Shown here: piece by piece, positions 28,425 through 35,405 of the stretch
Position numbering within the stretch: the stretch's first letter is position 1
Layout: each line of letters starts with the position of its first letter
NCBI GenBank assembly: GCA_963826115.1
Contig: CAWGVS010000011.1
Span: 64,001-128,000, forward strand
Reading direction: 5' to 3'
Length of the DNA stretch: 64,000 nucleotides
Origin: an uncultured Candidatus Rokubacteria bacterium
GTDB lineage: Bacteria > Methylomirabilota > Methylomirabilia > Rokubacteriales > DASRDR01
The notes under the pieces: generated by a model
What the model saw: only the letters and a program-made list of their open reading frames with translations
Database searches by the model: none
Told to the model about the DNA's origin: nothing
Position numbers and translations under genes: made by a program

Positions 28425-29210
28425 ATGGGAGAGCGACGGTTGCTGGGCGAGGTGGCGATCGTGACCGGGGCGGCCCACGGCATCGGCCGCGCCATCGCGG
28501 TGGAGCTGGCGCGGGAAGGCGCGTCGGTGTGGGCGTGCGACGTCCTCGAGCGCGAGCTGGGCGAGACCCGGCGCGCGGTCGGCGAGCGCGCGGAGGGCCC
28601 GTGCCGCGTGGGGATCGTGAACGTCACCGACCCGCGGCGAGTCTCGGCGTTCGTCGACGAGGCGGTCGCCGCCGAGAAGCGACTCGACATCCTGGTGAAC
28701 TGCGCCGGCGGGGTGGTCGGCCAGACCATGAAGCCGGTGGAGGAGATCACCGACGAGGCCTGGCGCGCGATCTTCGCGGTGAACCTCGACGGCGCGTTCC
28801 ACTTCACGCGCGCGGCGGCGCCCGCCATGAAGACGCGGCGCCGCGGGAGCATCGTGAACATCTCGTCGGGCGCGGGCCGGTCGTACAGCCTCACGGGGAT
28901 CCAGGCCTACGCGAGCGCCAAGGCCGGGCTCATCGGGTTCACGCGCCAGACCGCCCGCGAGCTCGGCGAGCACGGGATCCGCGTCAACTGCGTGGCGCCG
29001 GGCTTCGTGCGCTCGAACCCGTCGAGCGAGAAGCAGTGGCAGGCCATGGGCGAGGCCGGCCAGCGCCGGCTCCTCGACAGCATCGCCCTCCGGCGGCTCG
29101 GCGAGCCCGAGGACATCGCCCGCGCCGTGGCCTTCTTCGCGTCGGACGACGCCCGCTACGTCACCGGCCAGACGATCAGCGTCGACGGCGGCCACTGGAT
29201 GCTGGGGTGA
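28425..29210 (+). CDS. Short-chain dehydrogenase/reductase
   Basis: TGAAHGIG, YASAK, VDGG. Confidence 0.92.
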   Translation: MGERRLLGEVAIVTGAAHGIGRAIAVELAREGASVWACDVLERELGETRRAVGERAEGPCRVGIVNVTDPRRVSAFVDEAVAAEKRLDILVNCAGGVVGQTMKPVEEITDEAWRAIFAVNLDGAFHFTRAAAPAMKTRRRGSIVNISSGAGRSYSLTGIQAYASAKAGLIGFTRQTARELGEHGIRVNCVAPGFVRSNPSSEKQWQAMGEAGQRRLLDSIALRRLGEPEDIARAVAFFASDDARYVTGQTISVDGGHWMLG

Positions 29211-29242
29211 ACGGCCCGTCTTGTCACGCGCGGGTGGCAGCG

Positions 29243-29418
29243 CGGTGAGCCCCCAGGCCGAAGGCCGTCCGATCGACTCCCGCGCCGCCGGGGCCGCCCG
29301 GTGAGCCCCCAGGCCGAAGGCCGTCCGATTGACTCCCGCGCCGCCGGGGCCGCTCGGTGAGCCCCCAGGCCGAAGGCCGTCCGATTGACTCCCGCGCCGC
29401 CGGGGCCGCCCGGTGAGC
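29243..29418 (+). repeat. 56-bp tandem repeat (3 full units + 8 bp); each unit is a GTGA-coupled 19-aa mini-ORF
   Basis: CGGTGAGC recurs at 29243, 29299, 29355, 29411; units differ at only two positions. Confidence 0.95.
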
Positions 29419-30303
29419 GGGGTAGCGATCGAGGCGCTGGCGCCCGTCGCGGTCCGGCCCGACACGCCGGCCGGCGACGCGTGGCGCCGGTTCCGGCGGA
29501 GCCGCCTCGCCGTCGTCGGGCTCCTCATCGTCGCCCTGATCGCGACGGCGGCAGCCGGCGCGCCCTGGCTCGCGCCCCAGGACCCCGCGAAGCAGAGCCT
29601 CATCGAGAAGCGCGCCCGGCCGTTCGGGAAGTACGTCCTGGGCGCCGACGAGTTCGGTCGCGACATCCTGTCCCGGGTGATCTACGGGGCCCGGGTCGCG
29701 CTCCTCGTCGGCCTCCTCTCGGTGGGGATCGCGCTCGGCCTGGGGCTCGTCCTCGGGAGCCTGGCCGGGTTCCTGGGCGGCTGGATCGACGGCGCGATCA
29801 TGCGGGCCGTCGAGGTGCTCCTGGCGTTCCCGTACCTCTTGCTCGCGATCGCCGTCGTGTCGGCGCTCGGACCCGGGGCCCTCAACACGACGATCGCGGT
29901 CGGGATCTGGGGCACACCGCCCGTGACCCGGATCGTCCGCGGCGCCGTGCTCCAGCTCTCCGAGACGGAGTACGTCCGGGCCGCCCGCGCCCTCGGCGCG
30001 GCGGGGCCCGCGCTGGTGGGGCGACACATCCTGCCCAACATCCTCCCGACCGTGATCGTCTACGGCACGCTCTTCATGGCGAACGCGATCCTGGTCGAGG
30101 CCGCGCTCTCCTTCCTCGGCCTCGGGGTCCAGCCGCCCACGCCGTCCTGGGGGCTCATGGTGGCGACCGGACGCGACTTCCTGCTGGTCACGCCCCACAT
30201 CACGACGATCCCGGGGCTCGCCATCATGCTGGCGGTGCTCGGCTTCAACCTCCTGGGGGACGGCCTGCGCGACGCCCTCGACCCGCGCCTCCGCGGCGCG
30301 TGA
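29413..30303 (+). CDS. ABC transporter permease (DppC-like)
   Basis: LGADEFGRD, EYVRAARALGA, LSFLGLG, GDGLRDALDPR. Confidence 0.93.
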   Translation: MSGVAIEALAPVAVRPDTPAGDAWRRFRRSRLAVVGLLIVALIATAAAGAPWLAPQDPAKQSLIEKRARPFGKYVLGADEFGRDILSRVIYGARVALLVGLLSVGIALGLGLVLGSLAGFLGGWIDGAIMRAVEVLLAFPYLLLAIAVVSALGPGALNTTIAVGIWGTPPVTRIVRGAVLQLSETEYVRAARALGAAGPALVGRHILPNILPTVIVYGTLFMANAILVEAALSFLGLGVQPPTPSWGLMVATGRDFLLVTPHITTIPGLAIMLAVLGFNLLGDGLRDALDPRLRGA

Positions 30304-30343
30304 GGCCCGGCCGGAGCCCCGCTCCGGCTCTCGCGGCGCGCGA

Positions 30344-31573
30344 ATGACGTCGCGCGTAGCCGGTTTCTTCCGTCGGAATGTCGAGGAGATCCGCGCCGAT
30401 CCGGTCCTCCGCGTCTACGGCGCGATCCTGGCCTTCGTCCACGTCCTGACGTTCGTGTTCTGGCGCGGCGACGCGCCTCTCCAGTCGGTCCTCCCGGTGC
30501 AGGCGACTCCCATCTGCTGGCCCTTCTTCGAGGATTGCCATCGGTTCCGGTTCCTGACCCCGGCGGGCGTGGACGCGATCCTGTGGACCTACCTCGCGCT
30601 CGCGCTCCTGACCATGGCCTTCTTCGCGCGGCGGGCCGCCTGTGGATGGGCGTACGCGAGTCTCCTGGCGCTCGAGGCGTTCAAGGCGCTGATCATCGTC
30701 CAGGACTACCGGCTGCGCATGAACCAGCACTACATGGCCTTCTTCGTGGCGCTCGTGTTCCTGGTCTTTCCCGCGAAGCGGCGCCTCCTCCGGTACCTGG
30801 TCGTCCTGTTCTACTTCTGGGCGGGCACGCTCAAGCTGAACCGGGACTGGCTGTCCGGGGCGATGTTCGGCGCGCGGTCGCTCCTGTGGGTTCCGGCGAC
30901 CCTGGTCCCCGTCGCCTGCGCGTACGTGATCGTCCTGGAGTCGGTGCTGGTCTTCGGGCTGTTCTCGCGCCGCCGGTGGGTCTTCTGGGGGACGCTCGGC
31001 CAGCTACTGCTGTTCCACGTGATCTCGTATCCCATCGTCGGCTTCTACTACCCGGTCTTGATGACGGCGCTGCTGTCGGTCTTTCCGCTCGCCCGGCTCG
31101 TCGGCGGGGAATCCGAGGGGCCGAGCCTGGTGGCGCTCGGCCGGGGGCTGGAGCCCGTCCCGACGTACGCGCTGCTGGCGGGGTTCTCGGCGCTCCAGCT
31201 GGTGCCCCATCTGTTCCCCGGGGATCCGGCGATCACGGGCGAGGGACGGCTCTTCGCGCTACACATGTTCGACGCCCAGGTGGTCTGCGAAGCGCATGTG
31301 ACCGTTCACGATGACCAAGGGGGGAGCCAGCGAGTCAAAATCGTTCCTCGCGTTCCCGCCCGCGTGCGATGCGACCCGATCGTCTATCTGAGCATTGCGC
31401 GGGCTCTGTGCCGACAGGGGAAGGAGCAGGGGCGGTGGACGGATCTGGATCTCTCGCTTCGGTCTCGTCGAATCACCGAGACGGTGTCTCGCCCGGTAAT
31501 AGAGCTCGACGGATTCTGTCGACGGAGCGTGAACTATGACCTCTGGCGACCGAATCCCTGGATCCTGCGGTGA
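30344..31573 (+). CDS. HTTM / vitamin K-dependent gamma-carboxylase-like membrane protein
   Basis: Multiple TM helices; MNQHYM and FYFWAGTLKLNRDWLSG resemble HTTM motifs; Cys-containing soluble C-terminus. Confidence 0.6.
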   Translation: MTSRVAGFFRRNVEEIRADPVLRVYGAILAFVHVLTFVFWRGDAPLQSVLPVQATPICWPFFEDCHRFRFLTPAGVDAILWTYLALALLTMAFFARRAACGWAYASLLALEAFKALIIVQDYRLRMNQHYMAFFVALVFLVFPAKRRLLRYLVVLFYFWAGTLKLNRDWLSGAMFGARSLLWVPATLVPVACAYVIVLESVLVFGLFSRRRWVFWGTLGQLLLFHVISYPIVGFYYPVLMTALLSVFPLARLVGGESEGPSLVALGRGLEPVPTYALLAGFSALQLVPHLFPGDPAITGEGRLFALHMFDAQVVCEAHVTVHDDQGGSQRVKIVPRVPARVRCDPIVYLSIARALCRQGKEQGRWTDLDLSLRSRRITETVSRPVIELDGFCRRSVNYDLWRPNPWILR

Positions 31574-31603
31574 CGTCTCGAACGGTTACCGGCCGGGACT
31601 ATC

Positions 31604-32434
31604 TCAATCGCAGCTGAAGGTTCGGCTCTGGGTTTCCCCTGGGCCCACGTTGACGTTCTGGGGAGAGCCCGACGCGTCACTTTCACCGAAGCAGAGTGCC
31701 CTCACCTGGTGATTCCCCACGGACACCTGCTTCTTCACGGGCGGATCTTCAGAAGTGAGACCGTTGGCGACGTGATTGCCGTCGATGAGGACGTCGATGT
31801 CGCAGCATCCGACGAGACCCACCTGGATGAAACCGTCCTGCGCGACCCCGACGAACACGGTCTTGTCGGCGTTCATGAGGACGGTGCAGGAGCCGGTGCC
31901 GCTGCAGCCGCCGGAGAACACGGCGTCAGGCTGGTTGGCGGTGAGCTTGACGCTGGTGCCCGCGAAGAAGGCCTGGGAACAGTCGCCGGGACAGGCGATG
32001 CCGTCTCCGGAGACCTGGACGCCGCCGCTGACCTGGACGGACAGGGTGACGTTGACGCCGCCGAAGACCAAAGCGACGTCGATGCTCTGGAGGCCGGGGG
32101 GGACGGTGAAGACGGGATCGGGCTTGTCGGAGGGGAAGCTCTGGCCGCCGCAGCGGATGACGCCGCTGACGCTGTACTGGCCGGCGGGGAGAAGCAGGGA
32201 GACGGTCGTGTCGCTGGCGGAGACGGTTTTGTTCCCGGGCTGGATGGTGAGCTCGACGCTCTGGCAGCCCTGGGGGAGGACGCCGAGGACGGCGCCCTTG
32301 ACCTGGCTGAAGCGGAGCTCGAGCCGGCTGGCGCTGGAGCCCGTGCTGTTACTGCTGCTCCCGCTGCAGGCCTGGGCCAGCGCGGCGATCACCACGAGCC
32401 CCGCCATGAACCGCCAGGACCATCGCATGCTCAT
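31604..32434 (-). CDS. Putative lipoprotein, paralog B (InlB-B-like repeat + PEGA-like C-terminal domain)
   Basis: LAQAC-SGSS lipobox-like; GIACPGDCS...GCSGTGSCTV repeat; near-identical to the neighbour over about 180 aa. Confidence 0.75.
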   Translation of the reverse strand: MSMRWSWRFMAGLVVIAALAQACSGSSSNSTGSSASRLELRFSQVKGAVLGVLPQGCQSVELTIQPGNKTVSASDTTVSLLLPAGQYSVSGVIRCGGQSFPSDKPDPVFTVPPGLQSIDVALVFGGVNVTLSVQVSGGVQVSGDGIACPGDCSQAFFAGTSVKLTANQPDAVFSGGCSGTGSCTVLMNADKTVFVGVAQDGFIQVGLVGCCDIDVLIDGNHVANGLTSEDPPVKKQVSVGNHQVRALCFGESDASGSPQNVNVGPGETQSRTFSCD

Positions 32435-33284
32435 GCCCTCGTCGCGACCGATCGGCTAGTGGCTAACGTCGTGGGCGTAGGAACTGGAAGAAACAGGCAT
32501 CCCCATTGAAGTTCACCTGCACGGTTCCCCCGCCGACGGTCACGTTCTGCGGCGAGTCCGGGTGCTGGAACTCCCCCTCGCCTTGGCAGAAAGCCTGGAC
32601 CGAGTGGCTTCCGCTGGACACCGACTTGCTGACGGAGCTGCCCGTGCCAAGGTGTGCCGCTACGGTGGAGCCGTCGACGGCGATTCGTATGCCGGGGCTC
32701 TCCTCCCCGGTATTGGTCACCCGGATCGTGCCCCCGCCGACGCCAACGAACACGGTCTTGTTGGCGTTCATCAGCACGGTGCAGGAGCCGGTGCCGCTGC
32801 AGCCGCCGGAGAACACGGCGTCAGGCTGATTGGCGGTGAGCGTGACGCTGGTGCCGGCGAAGAAGCTCTCGGAGCAGTCGCCGGGGCAGGCGATGCCGGA
32901 GCCGGAGACCTGGACGCCGCCGCTGACCTGGACGGAGAGGGTGACGTTGACCCCGCCGAAGACGAGGGCGACGTCGATGCTCTGGAGGCCGGGCGGCACG
33001 GTGAAGACCGGGTCGGGCTTGTCGGAGGGGAAGCTCTGGCCGCCGCAGCGGAGGACGCCGCTGACGCTGTACTGGCCGGCGGGGAGGAGGAGGGAGACGG
33101 TCGTGTCGTTGCCGGAGACGGTTTTGTTCCCGGGCTGGATGGTGAGCTCGACGCTCTGGCAGCCCTGGGGGAGGACCCCGAGGACGACGCCCTTGACCTG
33201 GCTGAAGCGGAGCTCGAACCGGCTGGCGCTGGAGCTCGTGCTGCTGCTGCCGCTGCAGGCCTGGGCCAGCGCGGCGATCACCAC
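31851..33284. repeat. Direct duplication: 31851-32395 versus 32746-33284
   Basis: About 540-bp copies with mostly synonymous differences and a 6-bp indel in the Ser-rich linker. Confidence 0.9.
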
Positions 33285-33335
33285 CAGCGCCACGGCGAGC
33301 CGCCAGGGACGCCGCCCGCGTGCTCCCACCGACAC
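32463..33335 (-). CDS. Putative lipoprotein, paralog A
   Basis: Same lipobox and core as paralog B, divergent C-terminal ~90 aa. Confidence 0.75.
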   Translation of the reverse strand: MSVGARGRRPWRLAVALVVIAALAQACSGSSSTSSSASRFELRFSQVKGVVLGVLPQGCQSVELTIQPGNKTVSGNDTTVSLLLPAGQYSVSGVLRCGGQSFPSDKPDPVFTVPPGLQSIDVALVFGGVNVTLSVQVSGGVQVSGSGIACPGDCSESFFAGTSVTLTANQPDAVFSGGCSGTGSCTVLMNANKTVFVGVGGGTIRVTNTGEESPGIRIAVDGSTVAAHLGTGSSVSKSVSSGSHSVQAFCQGEGEFQHPDSPQNVTVGGGTVQVNFNGDACFFQFLRPRR

Positions 33336-33356
33336 CCTCGTCGCCCTCGCCGGTCC

Positions 33357-34523
33357 CTAGAACCGGTACATCACGCGGACGTCCGCGTGGACTCCGTTGA
33401 TCGTGCCCGCCTGGGGGAAGGACGGGCTCCGCTCGACGTCCATGAAGAAGTAGCGCACCCCGCCCTCGATCCCGAACCGCCGGTGCGGCAGCCACGACAC
33501 CGTGGGGCCGATGGAGATCTTGGTCCGGCCGCCGTCGTAGAGCGGATCGCTTGTCGCGTATTCGTTAGCGAACACGTGCTTCACCTCGACGGCGCCCGTG
33601 ATCGTCCACACGTCGTCGATGATGTAGCCGACGACGACGCCGCCGCGGATGTCGTTGCCGTTGCTGTTGCTGGGTTCGGTCGTGAGGTTCCCGGCGGCGT
33701 TGGGCCGGTCGGCCTTGAAACGGACGATGTCCCGGAACGTCACCGCGATCCACCAGGGCTCCGGGCGCCACTCGAGGCTCACCCGGAAGTCCAGCTCGTC
33801 GCCTTCCTGGAAGCTGTCGCTGCCGCCCAGCTTGTCCGCGCTGAACATCGTGTAGGTGACGGTGCCGACGAGGCGCGTCGCGTCGGCCACGGCCACGTCG
33901 GCGAGGGCCGTGAAGGTGAGCTCGTTGCCCGGGTCGAGGTCGTCGCCCGGGATGTCCTTGGTCGGGTCGTACTCGCCCGTCCAGAGGTAGCCCACACCGC
34001 CGCCGATTCCCCACCGGCCGAAGTTCCGGTACGCGCTGACGGTCGGGTTGACGTCGAATCCCTCGCCGAACCGCTCGAGGAGGGCGAGGTCTTCGTCCTG
34101 GATCGCCGCGAGGTCGCGGGTCTTCAGGCGCGACACGCCCGTCGGGAGGTCGAGGTTCAGCCCCGCGCGGATCTCGACGTCGGCGACGATCCAGCGGTAG
34201 TACCCGGCCAGCGTCGAGTCCGTGAGACCGCTGATCTGGCCGCTCTGGCGGTTACCGCCGGGATCACGCTGCGAATCGCCGATGGCGCCCCGGATGCTCA
34301 CGCCCCAGAAGGGCGTGTCGAAGGCCAGCGACAGCGGGGCCAGGATCTGGTGACCGTCCTGTCCGGCGCCGCTCCAGGCGTCCAGGTGAACGCCGGTCCA
34401 GGCCGTCCACTCGTCGGCGAGGGCGGGGGAGCCGCCGGCCACGACAGCCGCGAGGACGAGGATCCCCGCCAGGAACAGGGCGCCGGTCCGACGCTTTCGG
34501 GACTTCCGATCTCGGAGTGACAT
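33357..34523 (-). CDS. Outer-membrane beta-barrel protein
   Basis: Signal peptide (ALA), alternating aromatic/hydrophobic strands, C-terminal VRVMYRF beta-signal. Confidence 0.75.
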   Translation of the reverse strand: MSLRDRKSRKRRTGALFLAGILVLAAVVAGGSPALADEWTAWTGVHLDAWSGAGQDGHQILAPLSLAFDTPFWGVSIRGAIGDSQRDPGGNRQSGQISGLTDSTLAGYYRWIVADVEIRAGLNLDLPTGVSRLKTRDLAAIQDEDLALLERFGEGFDVNPTVSAYRNFGRWGIGGGVGYLWTGEYDPTKDIPGDDLDPGNELTFTALADVAVADATRLVGTVTYTMFSADKLGGSDSFQEGDELDFRVSLEWRPEPWWIAVTFRDIVRFKADRPNAAGNLTTEPSNSNGNDIRGGVVVGYIIDDVWTITGAVEVKHVFANEYATSDPLYDGGRTKISIGPTVSWLPHRRFGIEGGVRYFFMDVERSPSFPQAGTINGVHADVRVMYRF

Positions 34524-34541
34524 GTCGGTCCTCTCGCCGTC

Positions 34542-35405
34542 TCAGTTGACCGAGATGTCGATGTTGGCGACGCCGTTTTCCTTCTCGGGCGCGGTGCCGC
34601 TCGACTGGTTCGACTGGCCCGTGCCGCCGCTGAGCGTGTTGCCGATGGTCTTGTCGAGCTTGGAATCGATCACGCCGAGCGTCTGACGGTCGAGGTTGCC
34701 CGGGAGCACGCTGGCGCCCTCGAAGGCGAGGCTCGACAGGACCGAGCGCTTGTCCCAGAGCGGGATGATCCGGCAGGGCGTCGGATCGCGCTTGCTCTGC
34801 ACCCGCGTGTAGCGGTTACGCGTGCAGAGGACCTGGCCGGCGTCCGTGGAGTCGGCCTGGACGGTGCCGGCGAAGACGTAGACGCGGGTGTCCGGGCTCC
34901 CGTCCGGCGCCGGCTGGCCACCGGAGCTGGGCGTCATGCCCTGGAGCAGCGCGAAGTCCGTCTGGCGCACGGCGGCGACGGCGGTCGGCGTCTTGACCGC
35001 GAAGCGTCCCATGCCGGTCCCGACCTTGGCCACGACCTGGCGGGCGACCCAGGCGCGCGCCTGCCCGTTGTTGAGGTTGAAGCGGGACGTGGTCGGCTGG
35101 TTGGCCCCGTCGACGTCGAGCTTGTCGATCTCGAGGTCGGACAGCTCGCCGACGCGCACGAGGCTCCCGTCGCCCAGCACCACCTCGGCGACGCCGCCCT
35201 TGCCCGTGACGATGCGGTCGCCCTCGGAGAGCCGGGCGCCCTTCTGCAGCGGCTGGGCCGCCGTCTGCCCCTGCTTCACGACCTCCACGGGCGCGCGCGC
35301 AAGGATCACCTCGGCGGTGCCCGTCGTCTGGGCGGCGACGCTCGATACGCCGAGCGCGACGCTCACCGCGAGGGCCAGCCCGAGCCACTTCGTGACGCTG
35401 CTCAT
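34542..35405 (-). CDS. Periplasmic FecR-domain protein
   Basis: Signal peptide; GDRIVTG..DGSLVRVGE, FAVKTPTAVAAVRQTDF, VYVFAGTV. Confidence 0.85.
   Translation of the reverse strand: MSSVTKWLGLALAVSVALGVSSVAAQTTGTAEVILARAPVEVVKQGQTAAQPLQKGARLSEGDRIVTGKGGVAEVVLGDGSLVRVGELSDLEIDKLDVDGANQPTTSRFNLNNGQARAWVARQVVAKVGTGMGRFAVKTPTAVAAVRQTDFALLQGMTPSSGGQPAPDGSPDTRVYVFAGTVQADSTDAGQVLCTRNRYTRVQSKRDPTPCRIIPLWDKRSVLSSLAFEGASVLPGNLDRQTLGVIDSKLDKTIGNTLSGGTGQSNQSSGTAPEKENGVANIDISVN

Noticed and set aside
28419-28427. In-frame TGA between permease and SDR as a selenocysteine codon
   Set aside because: Both proteins are complete, there is no redox Cys context and only a weak downstream hairpin
29243-29418. 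CRISPR array
   Set aside because: Units are contiguous and near-identical with no unique spacers, and no cas genes are in the window
31851-33284. Diversity-generating retroelement template/variable repeat pair
   Set aside because: Both copies are in coding genes, differences are mostly synonymous and not adenine-specific, and no reverse transcriptase is present
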